Assembly (NCBI GenBank): GCA_021208605.1 | Contig: JAJOJK010000017.1 | Span: 17,872 to 81,871, forward strand | Source: Candidatus Woesebacteria bacterium | GTDB taxonomy: Bacteria > Patescibacteriota > Microgenomatia > UBA1400 > UBA1396 | Direction: 5' to 3' | Length of the DNA: 64,000 nucleotides | In this document: positions 26,142-35,460 of the stretch, in pieces | Layout of the letters: every line of letters starts with the position of its first letter | How positions within the stretch are numbered: position 1 is the stretch's first letter | The notes under the pieces: model-generated | The model's database searches: none | The model's input: the letters and a program-made list of their open reading frames with translations, nothing else | What the model was told of the DNA's origin: nothing | Position numbers and translations under genes: made by a program

Positions 26142-27080
26142 ATGGCTTCGCTTCTTGGTCGGCAATTCTCATTTGAAGCGATTGGCACGCAGTGGACGCT
26201 TGATATTTGGACAAACACAGAAGAATCGGCGCTACAAGAGCTTTTGCAGTCGGTGCATCAGCGTATCGAGCAATTCGATCAACGGTATTCCCGTTTTCGC
26301 GCTGATTCTTGGGTGAGTGAAGTCGCCGCAGCAGCCGGAAGCTATGCTTTGCCTGTCGATGCCGAGCCTTTGTTGCACGTGTATGACGAGTTGTTTCGTT
26401 TGAGTGACGGCAGTATTACGCCGCTCATTGGCGGTTTACTGGAACAGGCCGGCTATGATGCCGAGTATTCTTTAGCTGAAAAGAGCGGGTTTGCGGAACA
26501 GATTGCTCCCAAATGGCAACAAGCTGTGACCTATGCTGACGGACAGTTACAGGTTTCCGAACCGGTGGTGCTGGACTTTGGCGCTGCCGGAAAAGGATAT
26601 CTGGTTGATCAAATTTCTGAACTGCTCGAAGCCGCCGGAATCACGCAGTACTGTGTTGATGCCAGCGGTGACATGCGGTATCGCCATCCGCGGCAGGTGC
26701 CGTTGCGAGTGGGATTAGAAAACCCGTTTGCGCAGCAGCAAGTTATTGGAGTGGTGGAGCTCACTGAAGGCAGTTTGTGTGCTTCGTCTGGTAATCGGCG
26801 CCGGTGGGGGACTCATCACCATATTATGGATGCGCAGACCAAGCGATCTCCGGAAGATATTGCCGCAACATGGGTAGTTGCCCCGCGAGCCCTCGAGGCC
26901 GATGCTTTGGCTACCGCGCTCTATTTAGTTTCTCCAGACATTCTCGAACAGGCATTTTCTTTTGAGTATCTTATTTTGTACGATGGGTACAGAGTGCAGC
27001 GGAGCGATGATTTTCCGGTTGAGCTGTTTACTGCCTCATCGCGTCCGCACGAAACGCAGAAAGGGGAGATTCCTGCATGA
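26142..27080 (+). CDS. apbE: FAD:protein FMN transferase
   Basis: AIGT, SRFRADS, LDFGAAGKGY, HHIMD, ADALATA. Confidence 0.92.
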   Translation: MASLLGRQFSFEAIGTQWTLDIWTNTEESALQELLQSVHQRIEQFDQRYSRFRADSWVSEVAAAAGSYALPVDAEPLLHVYDELFRLSDGSITPLIGGLLEQAGYDAEYSLAEKSGFAEQIAPKWQQAVTYADGQLQVSEPVVLDFGAAGKGYLVDQISELLEAAGITQYCVDASGDMRYRHPRQVPLRVGLENPFAQQQVIGVVELTEGSLCASSGNRRRWGTHHHIMDAQTKRSPEDIAATWVVAPRALEADALATALYLVSPDILEQAFSFEYLILYDGYRVQRSDDFPVELFTASSRPHETQKGEIPA

Positions 27081-28606
27081 TTGCTCCATGGCGAAAAATT
27101 GATGAATTTCTGAATGAGTACACCATGTATCGGGTGGTGCTGTATGCCTTGGTAGTCTTGGCCGGTATTGCGTTCTTTTTTAGTGCGGTTGGGATTCTCG
27201 ATTATTCATTTGTTTCGTTGTTGTCGAGTATTGTGCTTTTGGGTGTGAGTTGTGTGAGTGTGAATCGAGTGGCAGCTTGGGCTCTGAGTGTCCCCACAAA
27301 TGTGGAGTCGGCAGCTATTACTTCGCTGATTCTGTTTTTTGTGGTGACGCCACCGCAAAACTTCTCAGAAGGCATGGTTTTAGTTGGTGTGGGAGCGATC
27401 AGTATGCTCAGCAAATACTTGCTAGCTTGGCAGAAAAAACACGTCTTTAATCCGGTCGCAATAGCCTTGGTGATCGCGGGCATTTTAGGATTGCCCATTG
27501 CCAGTTGGTGGGTAGCAACGCCCGTATTAGCTCCATTCACCCTGATTTTGGGAATTCTCGTTGTGCGGAAAATTCGACGATTTGGCATGGTGGGAGCTTT
27601 TATCCTGGCGGCCAGTATGGGAATTTTGGGCTTAGGACTCTGGCGCGGAGCGAATCTCACCGATTTGGTATATGAACTCTACGCATCGTGGCCGATTGCT
27701 TTCTTTGCCACATTTATGCTGACTGAACCACTGACCACGCCGCCAACTTGGCAGTATCGGGTGGCCTACGGCGTTTTGGTGGGCGCGATTTTTGGTTCCC
27801 AACTGGGCTGGTGGCGGTTGTATGCCTCGCCTGAGTTGGCCTTGATAATGGGAAATATATTTTCGTTTGCGGTGAGTCCGAAGTATCGTTTGCTGTTGCG
27901 GTTGGTGGAAAAACGGCAGTTGGCGCGTCAGACCTTTGAGTTTGTATTTCAGTCGAGTCGGAAGATGCGTTTTCAGCCTGGGCAGTACATGGAGTGGACG
28001 TTTGCGCATGATGCACCAGATGACCGCGGCAATCGCCGTTACTTTACGATTGCTTCGTCGCCGACGGAAGAAGAAATTTTGCTTGGAGTCCGTATTCCAG
28101 AGCAGGCGAGTTCCTATAAGCGCGAACTGGCTGCTATGCAGCCGGGTGAAGAGATTGTGGCCGGTCAGTTAGCCGGCGATTTCACTTTGCCCGCTGATGA
28201 GACTCAACCGCTGGTGTTTATTGCGGGCGGGATTGGTATTACGCCGTTTCGCAGCATGATTCAGTATTTGGTCGACACGAAGCAGAAACGTGCGGTGACA
28301 TTGTTTTACGTTAACAAAATCGTTGACGATATTGCGTATAAAGACCTCTTTGATGCTGCCAAGAAAAAACTGCCTGGTTTTTCTGTGGTGTATGTGCTCA
28401 CCGATGAATCGCAGGTGCCGAAAAAATGGTCAGGCGAAACAGGATACATTACTGGTGAAATGCTCCAACGGCATTTGGAAGATATCACGCGACCGCTGTA
28501 TTACTTATCGGGACCGAACGCAATGGTCGACGCCTACAAAGACGTTTTGCGTGTAAATGGCGTCAACGAGGCGGCGATTAAGACGGATTATTTCCCGGGA
28601 TTTTGA
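27077..28606 (+). CDS. RnfD/NqrB-like membrane domain fused to an FNR-type FAD/NAD(P)H oxidoreductase
   Basis: KHVFNP and FMLTEPLT in the membrane part; FQPGQY, RYFTIASSP, FIAGGIGITP, YLSGP in the cytosolic part. Confidence 0.85.
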   Translation: MIAPWRKIDEFLNEYTMYRVVLYALVVLAGIAFFFSAVGILDYSFVSLLSSIVLLGVSCVSVNRVAAWALSVPTNVESAAITSLILFFVVTPPQNFSEGMVLVGVGAISMLSKYLLAWQKKHVFNPVAIALVIAGILGLPIASWWVATPVLAPFTLILGILVVRKIRRFGMVGAFILAASMGILGLGLWRGANLTDLVYELYASWPIAFFATFMLTEPLTTPPTWQYRVAYGVLVGAIFGSQLGWWRLYASPELALIMGNIFSFAVSPKYRLLLRLVEKRQLARQTFEFVFQSSRKMRFQPGQYMEWTFAHDAPDDRGNRRYFTIASSPTEEEILLGVRIPEQASSYKRELAAMQPGEEIVAGQLAGDFTLPADETQPLVFIAGGIGITPFRSMIQYLVDTKQKRAVTLFYVNKIVDDIAYKDLFDAAKKKLPGFSVVYVLTDESQVPKKWSGETGYITGEMLQRHLEDITRPLYYLSGPNAMVDAYKDVLRVNGVNEAAIKTDYFPGF

Positions 28607-28612
28607 AGCATT

Positions 28613-28637
28613 AAAAAAGCAGCCAAAGCTGCTTTTC
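28613..28637. terminator. Bidirectional terminator between the redox operon and tRNA-Gln
   Basis: AAAAAAGCAGC-CAAA-GCTGCTTTT. Confidence 0.65.
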
Positions 28638-28640
28638 TTG

Positions 28641-28714
28641 TGGCTGCCGGACTAGGACTCGAACCTAGAATAACGGCTCCAAAGGCCGCTGTGATGCCAT
28701 TTCACCATCCGGCA
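28641..28714 (-). tRNA. tRNA-Gln(TTG)
   Basis: Cloverleaf TGCCGGA...GCGGC-CTTTGGA-GCCGT...GGTTCGAGTCC...TCCGGCAG-CCA; U1-A72 pair. Confidence 0.95.
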
Positions 28715-28840
28715 AAGACGAACGAAGCATCATTATACCAGACCGATACGGTTTTCTGGGAAGCATTTCATGCAAATTTCCTCAAGCAAAGTCTCTCCGC
28801 AGACCGGGGAAGGAATGATACAATACAGTTCTCCAGCCGT

Positions 28841-28912
28841 GCCGACGTAGCTCAGTGGTAGAGCGGCGGTATCGTAAACCGTAGGTCGTGGGTTCGAATC
28901 CCACCGTCGGCT
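28841..28912 (+). tRNA. tRNA-Thr(CGT)
   Basis: GCCGACG...GCGGT-ATCGTAA-ACCGT...GGTTCGAATCC...CGTCGGC-T. CCA not encoded. Confidence 0.93.
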
Positions 28913-28948
28913 CACAAAAAAGACGCTTTCGGCGTCTTTTTTTGTGAG
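28911..28948 (+). terminator. Terminator after tRNA-Thr
   Basis: CTCACAAAAAAGACGC-TTTC-GGCGTCTTTTTTTGTGAG. Confidence 0.75.
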
Positions 28949-28960
28949 GCTATGTTGGTA

Positions 28961-29055
28961 GCAGAGAAGCCAATTGGGTTCCGACGCCCAGGGAGTCCTT
29001 TGAGCGAAGCGAAACGGCGACCAGGCTAGTACCCGGAGGGTGCGACGGGGTGAGC
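28961..29055 (+). repeat. tRNA-adjacent conserved element, copy 1
   Basis: Shares CGACGCC, GGCTAGTAC and GCGACGGGGTGAGC with 62010-62141. Confidence 0.6.
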
Positions 29056-29128
29056 ATATCAAATATAATGAATGCGAAACCATGACCAGACAGTATCCAG
29101 TGTGGTGCCAAGGTGGGTCTATTAAAGC

Positions 29129-31120
29129 TTAATGAGAAGTAGAATTTGCCGTGTCTTTCTTCCAAGCCAATGTCTCTACTAAACGGCGTTCAAACTCTTG
29201 GAAGAGGCGGGAGTAGTTGCGTTCAATAATTTGCATCTGGAAGCTGTTTTTGAGACGGAACTGCTCGTGTTCAGTTTTGACACTGTCGATAATACGCAAC
29301 GCTTGTTTGTCGTTATCGAGGAGGTCAGCTACGTGTTCGAGGTAAAGAATTGCTTCACTACTGGCTACAATACGAGCCTGTAGAAGTGATAAACGGCTCA
29401 TAATTAAGTTTTTCTGGTTGCCAATTAACCAGCTTTGAATAAAAGGCAGTGGGAAGTTTTGAATAGATTCGCGAAGGCGAGCGAGACGTCCGAGGAACGT
29501 TTCTTGGCTATCAACTCGGCCACCAGCACGGTATCCACGTCCAGCGTAGAGTTCTGGGTACTCAAGCGCGTCTTGCTGAAGGTCGAGTTCTGTTTTGAAG
29601 GTGTTCAAAACGTTGGCGGAGATGTGTTCATGCTCAAAGAGGCGATTGATCGTTTTTCGCTCGATTTCCAGTACTTCCAAACGCAAACTTTTTTCCAGCT
29701 CGCGTGGAGTGGCGAGTTCCGCAAGGCGTTTTTGGTGTTTTCGTTCCCGTTCGGAGAGAGTGCGTTGCACATCTTTCAAAACCACTCGAGAGAATTCGTT
29801 GTCAGAGAGTTGTTCTAAGCGATGCTTTGCTTCTTGAATAGTGAAGATATTCGTTTCTTCTTGAATAATCTCTTCTTCCCGTTTCGGCAGGTGGAGGCCA
29901 AGCTTCATGAGGAGTTTGCGGATCGTGGTGGCATTTACCAGCATAGTGAAAAGGAAGGTAGCCAAGGTGTAAGCAATAAATTCTTCGCGCAACACAAAAT
30001 CTTGTGGCAGTGAGTACACCAAAACTAAAGGAATTACTCCCCGTAAACCACCCCAGTTCAAAACGTGTTGCCACTTAAGGAACACATTTGGCTCATTTTT
30101 GAAGAAAGGAATAGTGTTCGTTAAGAAGAAGGTGACATACGTAGAAACCGCGCGGCTAATGAGTACCGCCAGAATGACAAGCATGACACTGTATGGTTGC
30201 GCGATAATTCCGGCGAGGTCCAAATCCAGACCAGCAAAGAAGAACACCAGCGAAACCGAAATAAAACCAATGTATTCCCAGAGTTCTTCCATGAAAGAAA
30301 TAACTGGCGAGGAAATATTGGTGCGACCAATATTACCCATGGTGAGACCAGCCGCGACAGTGGCAATTACGCCAGAAAGTCCGAAGAAGTGCTCCGCCGC
30401 GACGAAGGTAATGAGTGCCAGGGCAATTGTCATGGTGGTTTCGACCAGACGATCATTCTTGATGTTTGAGATAAAGAGCGAAGTCGCGTACGCAGCCACA
30501 AAGCCAAAGCCCATACTGCCAATAAAGACATAGGTAAAGTCAAGCAAGCTGTAGGCCAAGTCGACTGTGGCAAACAGTTGGTCTGCCACCACAAAGCCAC
30601 TAATCAGACGGAACAAAATAACAGCCGTAGCGTCGTTAAACATACTTTCGCCTTCGGCAAGGAGACCGAGTCGTTTTGGTGCACCCAATTCCTTAAAGAG
30701 CGCGAGCACCGCGATAGGATCGGTTGCGGATATGAGGGCACCAAAGAGTAAACCGTGCAGTGGGTCCATGCCCAGGAATTGAGAAAGCAAGAAGGCCACT
30801 GTTCCCGTGGCAAGTAACACGCCAAAAGTGGCTAAGAAGGTAATCGTCTTAAACTGCAGTTGGAACTGGTGAAAGTTAATGTGAAACGCAGATTCATATA
30901 GCAACAGCGGAAGCAAAACGAAGTAGATAAGGTCGGATTCCAAGCTGAGCGGGTTGTGGAGTCCAGCTGCCTCGAGTAAATATTGACCGATAAAGCCACA
31001 CACTAAGAGTGCAACGGTGTACGGCACGTTACTGCGACGAACGAAAGACTGCAGGGCAGCCGTGATAGCCAAAAAGAGGCCAGTAAACAATACACCAATA
31101 ATCAATGCTTCCGCATGCAT
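29129..31120 (-). CDS. CPA1 Na+/H+ antiporter (NhaP-like) with long cytosolic tail
   Basis: LLPLLLYESA, ISATDPIAV, EGESMFNDA, WGGLRG. Confidence 0.9.
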   Translation of the reverse strand: MHAEALIIGVLFTGLFLAITAALQSFVRRSNVPYTVALLVCGFIGQYLLEAAGLHNPLSLESDLIYFVLLPLLLYESAFHINFHQFQLQFKTITFLATFGVLLATGTVAFLLSQFLGMDPLHGLLFGALISATDPIAVLALFKELGAPKRLGLLAEGESMFNDATAVILFRLISGFVVADQLFATVDLAYSLLDFTYVFIGSMGFGFVAAYATSLFISNIKNDRLVETTMTIALALITFVAAEHFFGLSGVIATVAAGLTMGNIGRTNISSPVISFMEELWEYIGFISVSLVFFFAGLDLDLAGIIAQPYSVMLVILAVLISRAVSTYVTFFLTNTIPFFKNEPNVFLKWQHVLNWGGLRGVIPLVLVYSLPQDFVLREEFIAYTLATFLFTMLVNATTIRKLLMKLGLHLPKREEEIIQEETNIFTIQEAKHRLEQLSDNEFSRVVLKDVQRTLSERERKHQKRLAELATPRELEKSLRLEVLEIERKTINRLFEHEHISANVLNTFKTELDLQQDALEYPELYAGRGYRAGGRVDSQETFLGRLARLRESIQNFPLPFIQSWLIGNQKNLIMSRLSLLQARIVASSEAILYLEHVADLLDNDKQALRIIDSVKTEHEQFRLKNSFQMQIIERNYSRLFQEFERRLVETLAWKKDTANSTSH

Positions 31121-31175
31121 GTTCTGCATTTTACCGCTTGGTCAGGGAAAACGGAAGAAGATTTTTTTCAATGCC

Positions 31176-31208
31176 AAAAAGCCGCGGTTGCTCGGCAGCC
31201 GCGGCTTA
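31176..31208 (-). terminator. Terminator after the LysM gene
   Basis: AAGCCGCGG-CTGCCGAGCAA-CCGCGGCTTTTT. Confidence 0.75.
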
Positions 31209-31225
31209 AGTTGGAGTCTCACTAT

Positions 31226-31783
31226 TTACTCTTGAGTGTTTACTGGAGTGGTCATCCCACCCTTAGTTTGGACAGGCTGATCAGGATTTTGCTCCTGCAT
31301 TTCTTGCACTGTTTCGGTCATCGCGCTACGAGGAACACCAGCTTCTTCTTGTGTTCGCACTGAAACTTTTGGAATAGTCAATTGCATCCCTGGAGTCAGT
31401 TCTTGATCTGGGTTGAGGCTGTTTTCCGTTTCGATATCGACGTAGTTAAATCCAGAACCGTAGAAAGCTTCGGCGATAGCCCAGGTAGAGTCGCCTTCCC
31501 GAACGGTGTAGCGTGCTGGAAGGTTTGTGGGCACTTCGCGTCCGGTTTCATCTGTCTCTGTCATAACCTCGGTGGGGAGTTCCGTGACCTCAACCACGTT
31601 TTGTTGCTGCTCTTCTGTTGGTGTTTCTTCAGCGGCCTGACGGTTTTGCCGCCAGTTACGGATGTATGAAAACGCCAAAGCACCAATAACTACGACCACC
31701 ATGGCGCCAAGAATCATGCTAATTACGGACTCGCTGTCGGTGGGGACAGTAACTTTAGGTTTGGCATTCTGTGTATTGGCCAT
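31226..31783 (-). CDS. Membrane-anchored LysM peptidoglycan-binding protein
   Basis: TM, then YTVREGDSTWAIAEAFYG...NPDQELTPGMQLTIP. SD GGGAGG. Confidence 0.88.
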   Translation of the reverse strand: MANTQNAKPKVTVPTDSESVISMILGAMVVVVIGALAFSYIRNWRQNRQAAEETPTEEQQQNVVEVTELPTEVMTETDETGREVPTNLPARYTVREGDSTWAIAEAFYGSGFNYVDIETENSLNPDQELTPGMQLTIPKVSVRTQEEAGVPRSAMTETVQEMQEQNPDQPVQTKGGMTTPVNTQE

Positions 31784-31947
31784 TTTCCTCCCTACTTGTA
31801 GGCTCTATTTCTCTTTTCGGAGTTTTGTGGACACTATGCCACTGGCTCCATCTTTTTCGCAAAGATTATAAGTTACCGTATACGATTTTTCGGGGAGTGG
31901 CAAGAGGGAAAGAGCTTCTTTGTGGTAGAGAGTTCGCTTTATAAGTA

Positions 31948-32562
31948 TTAGCGGCGAGAAAAATAGCGAAAAAGAGCGTCGGCAAGTTCATCTATTGATG
32001 ATGAGTGATGCAAAGTATCGAGGCTCTCGTTGGCTTTCGTCGTGGCTCGAATAAGTTCAGCAGTATATAAGATGTCATTCGGTTTTTCCGGATGCCACGT
32101 CAGCGATACCTGAAGTGCAGTAGTGGGCCGAGCAAGTCGTCCCAGTGCTAATTCTGCAGTCAGAGTAATGTTCTGTATCTCCACGCGTTCTCCCCAAAGA
32201 ATAATCTGCACTTGGGCAGATGTAGTCAATCGATCAGAAAAACCATTTTTTTCATCCTCCAAGAGGGGTGATAATTCATGTATCCGGAAAAGCAGATGAT
32301 AGATAAAGTTGTTGAATTCTCCGTGTATCTTCTGATATTCAGTTTTTTTTGAATTGCTTTAAGGACATCAGAAGTAATATTTGGTACTGCGGTTGCTGAT
32401 TCGTGATACGGAGCAACTTCGGAATGGAGCATCGTTCCGCGGAGTTCGATTGTGGGGAGCATAGTTTCTTGTCCGTAGTATAAGGAAAGGAGTGGTTGTG
32501 TCAAAGTTATTTCTGTGTTTCTTGCCTGAACGTAAAAGCTCCTTCTTTTTTTGCCTCGCCAT
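31948..32562 (-). CDS. Hypothetical protein broken by two homopolymer frameshifts
   Basis: Three overlapping ORFs join into one reading (MARQKRRSFYVQ...KTEYQKIHGEF...) if the A7 (32546-32552) and A8 (32343-32350) tracts are corrected. Confidence 0.5.
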
Positions 32563-32589
32563 GATACAATAACTTTCTCATCTCGCTAT

Positions 32590-32666
32590 GGTCGCGTGGT
32601 GTAGCTGGTTAACATACCTCTCTGTCACAGAGGAGACCGCCGGTTCGAGTCCGGTCGCGACCGCCA
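32590..32666 (+). tRNA. tRNA-Asp(GTC)
   Basis: GGTCGCG...CCTCT-CTGTCAC-AGAGG...GGTTCGAGTCC...CGCGACCG-CCA. Confidence 0.95.
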
Positions 32667-32718
32667 TTTTTTGAGTTGAATTATATTTCTTTTATCCTTT
32701 AAAATACAAAGTAGGTAT

Positions 32719-33804
32719 ATGTTTACAGAAAATCCACAATCGACAAATTTAAAAGATCGAGAGTCTGTGAATACGCCACGTGCTTTGGAAGTTTTTTCTC
32801 AACTTCTCTTACGTTATAATACTCTTTCAGATCAACAGCAGCAGGTCATAGATGGAATTATTACTCAACTTGATTTTTTGCAAAGAACCATTCTTGGCAA
32901 ACAAAGTGAGCCTGAAGAGTCCGCGGAGCAAATAGAAATTCGCAGTGAAGAAAAAGAGACTTTATCAGCAGGTATAGATCCGGATGAAGTGTATGCTCAA
33001 ATGAGAGATTTTGAAGTTATCGCAACTCAAGAGCAGAGAAGAAAACTCAGTAGAATGTTCTTTAATTTAGGGTATTGGTCGCATATCAGGTATGGCGCCA
33101 GCAGTTCTCATGATATTATTCAAGATTTAGAAGAAATATCGGATGATAGCCCAGAAATAAATAGACAAAAGCAATTAATATTGCAATACATTCAAGACTA
33201 TATTAATGCTGTCAAAAATGAGGCTGATTTACCTTCGATTGATTATGAAATGCTTGAAAATGGTGGAGTAGAGATTCTTCATGATCTCTCTGAGGAAAGC
33301 AGAGAAAAAGTAATGAAAGTATTAGAAGATATAAACGAGCTTACGGCACATCTTTTTCAGGTAGATAACGTAAATTTTACAGTGAGGGGAAATAATTTAA
33401 TTCAAACACCCGGGGTATATGATCTTTCGTTCAGACCATCTAGTGCCTTTAAAAGTGCATTTCCAAATGATTATGATGATCAAGCTGATGTTATTGAAAG
33501 AAGAAACTTGAATAAATCTCTTACTATTGTTTTGGATGGTTCTACCGCTCATTTGAATGGACATAATATTGGTGTTGACTTTTATGATCGTCCCACCAGT
33601 TTTGGTATTAAAATTATTTTTAAGGACTCCGATTCTGCAAAACGGTTTCTTCAGGTAATCAACGAGGTTAAAGTAGCTGATAGAAATAGCTTTTTAATGA
33701 CTTTGCTTGAAGGAGCTGTTAAACGTTGTAATCAAGATATATATGATTTAGGTATGTATTTTTCCAAACAACTAATTCGCGAAGTGATTGTAGAAGTAAT
33801 TTAG
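32719..33804 (+). CDS. Hypothetical acidic protein (AT-rich, next to tRNA-Asp)
   Basis: 361-aa ORF, visibly more AT-rich than its flanks; no motif recognised. Confidence 0.7.
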   Translation: MFTENPQSTNLKDRESVNTPRALEVFSQLLLRYNTLSDQQQQVIDGIITQLDFLQRTILGKQSEPEESAEQIEIRSEEKETLSAGIDPDEVYAQMRDFEVIATQEQRRKLSRMFFNLGYWSHIRYGASSSHDIIQDLEEISDDSPEINRQKQLILQYIQDYINAVKNEADLPSIDYEMLENGGVEILHDLSEESREKVMKVLEDINELTAHLFQVDNVNFTVRGNNLIQTPGVYDLSFRPSSAFKSAFPNDYDDQADVIERRNLNKSLTIVLDGSTAHLNGHNIGVDFYDRPTSFGIKIIFKDSDSAKRFLQVINEVKVADRNSFLMTLLEGAVKRCNQDIYDLGMYFSKQLIREVIVEVI

Positions 33805-33825
33805 CAGAATAGGAAAGGATAATTT

Positions 33826-34416
33826 ATGAATACACTCTTTATCATCATCGTCATTGCTTTACTCGCTGGAGCATTTTACGTCGTTTCCGTCTACAACGGC
33901 CTCCAAGCCTTGCTCACGCAAATCGAAGCCGCCACGCAAGAGATTGGGAACCAACTCAAGCGCCAAGCCAACTTAATTCCAAATTTGGAAAAATCTGCCA
34001 AAGCTATCTTGAAGCAAGAAAAATCCATTTTCGAAATGCTCTCGGAAGCTCGTAAAAGTGTAAACCAAGCTGTGGAAACAGGATCTGCCAGTGCCATCGA
34101 GCAGGCCGAAAAGCAAATCCAAGCCGTTTTACCAAAGTTGCAAGTGGTCATGGAAGACAATCCCGAGATGAAGAGCAACGAGACTGTCCAACAGTTTATG
34201 GCCGAGTTGCGTGACACCGCGGACAAAGTCACCTACGCTCGCCGTGCTGTCATCGATTTGTCGCAACAATACAACCAACGCTTAGTGGTCTTTCCTTCAA
34301 ACATTATTGCGAATATGTTTGGCTTCAAGAAGCAAGCTGGTTTGCAGATGCCAACCGATGGTGACCATCTGAGCGTCTCTGACGACGAGACCCAGAGTCC
34401 AGAAGTTTCTTTATAA
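33826..34416 (+). CDS. lemA: LemA family protein
   Basis: TM, YNGL, QLKRQANLIPNL, PEMKSN, FPSNIIA. Confidence 0.9.
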   Translation: MNTLFIIIVIALLAGAFYVVSVYNGLQALLTQIEAATQEIGNQLKRQANLIPNLEKSAKAILKQEKSIFEMLSEARKSVNQAVETGSASAIEQAEKQIQAVLPKLQVVMEDNPEMKSNETVQQFMAELRDTADKVTYARRAVIDLSQQYNQRLVVFPSNIIANMFGFKKQAGLQMPTDGDHLSVSDDETQSPEVSL

Positions 34417-34450
34417 GTGAGCGAGAAAGCTCCCAAGCAGAGGAGGGGAG

Positions 34451-35350
34451 ATGTCGGTCTACCAACAAATTGCTAGTAACAAGCGTAAGACATGGTTTAT
34501 TGTCGGAATGTTTACCGCCTTTGTGGTCGGAGTGAGTTGGGTTTTCGCCCAGGTGATGGGATATGGCCCCGGCGCCGTCGGCATTGCCATGATTTTGGCT
34601 GGTATTGGTTCCTTTGCCACCTACTGGTTCTCGGACCGCATTGTGCTGACGATGAGCGGTGCGCGACCAGCTACGCGCGAGCGCGATTTCGAGTTCTTTA
34701 CCGTTACTGAAAACCTCTGTTTAGCGGCTCGTCTGCCGATGCCAGATCTCTATGTGATCGAAGACACGGCCATGAATGCCTTTGCTACTGGTCGTGATCC
34801 CAAGCATGCCGTGGTGTGTGCTACCACTGGCTTGCTGCAGCGTTTAGATCGCTCGGAATTAGAAGGTGTGGTGGCGCATGAACTTTCACACATTGAAAAT
34901 TACGATATTCGTTTGATGGCTGTTGTCTCTGTCATGGTTGGTTTTATTGCTTTGATTGCCGATATCTTTCTGCGTTGGAGTTTCTGGGGCGGGAAGTCTG
35001 ATAACGAGGGTGGAAAACAATTCCAAGCCATTTTATTTCTGGTGGGAATTGTGTTGGCGATTTTGTCGCCCATTGCCGCTCAACTCATTCAGCTGGCTAT
35101 TTCTCGCAATCGCGAGTTCTTGGCTGATGCCTCAGCAGCCAAGTTAACGCACTATCCTGAAGGGTTAGTGCGTGCACTGCAAAAGATCTCTGCTGATCGT
35201 GAACCACTAGAAGCTGCCAACAAGGCTACAGCGCACATGTACATCAGTGATCCGCTGAAAAATCATAAGGACGCTGTTGGGTGGTTTGCTGGTTTGTTCC
35301 AGACACATCCGCCGGTAGATGAGCGTATTTCTCGCTTAAAATCGCTATAA
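34451..35350 (+). CDS. htpX: M48 zinc metalloprotease HtpX
   Basis: NAFATG, AHELSH, SRNREFLAD, THPP...RI. Confidence 0.93.
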   Translation: MSVYQQIASNKRKTWFIVGMFTAFVVGVSWVFAQVMGYGPGAVGIAMILAGIGSFATYWFSDRIVLTMSGARPATRERDFEFFTVTENLCLAARLPMPDLYVIEDTAMNAFATGRDPKHAVVCATTGLLQRLDRSELEGVVAHELSHIENYDIRLMAVVSVMVGFIALIADIFLRWSFWGGKSDNEGGKQFQAILFLVGIVLAILSPIAAQLIQLAISRNREFLADASAAKLTHYPEGLVRALQKISADREPLEAANKATAHMYISDPLKNHKDAVGWFAGLFQTHPPVDERISRLKSL

Positions 35351-35377
35351 ATCAGCATATTTGTATTTTCTTCGGTA

Positions 35378-35404
35378 TTATCACTCCCCTTGAATGATTG
35401 CTAA
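35378..35404 (+). promoter_or_regulatory. CIRCE (HrcA operator) upstream of clpB
   Basis: TTATCACTC-N9-GATTGCTAA, one mismatch per arm from consensus. Confidence 0.8.
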
Positions 35405-35460
35405 TTTTGCGCAATAATACGTATACGACAATCGTAAAACGAGTAACAAAAGGAGTGACC

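Noticed and set aside
32590-33825. Integrated element at tRNA-Asp
   Set aside because: No integrase and no duplicated tRNA 3' end were found; only one AT-rich ORF.
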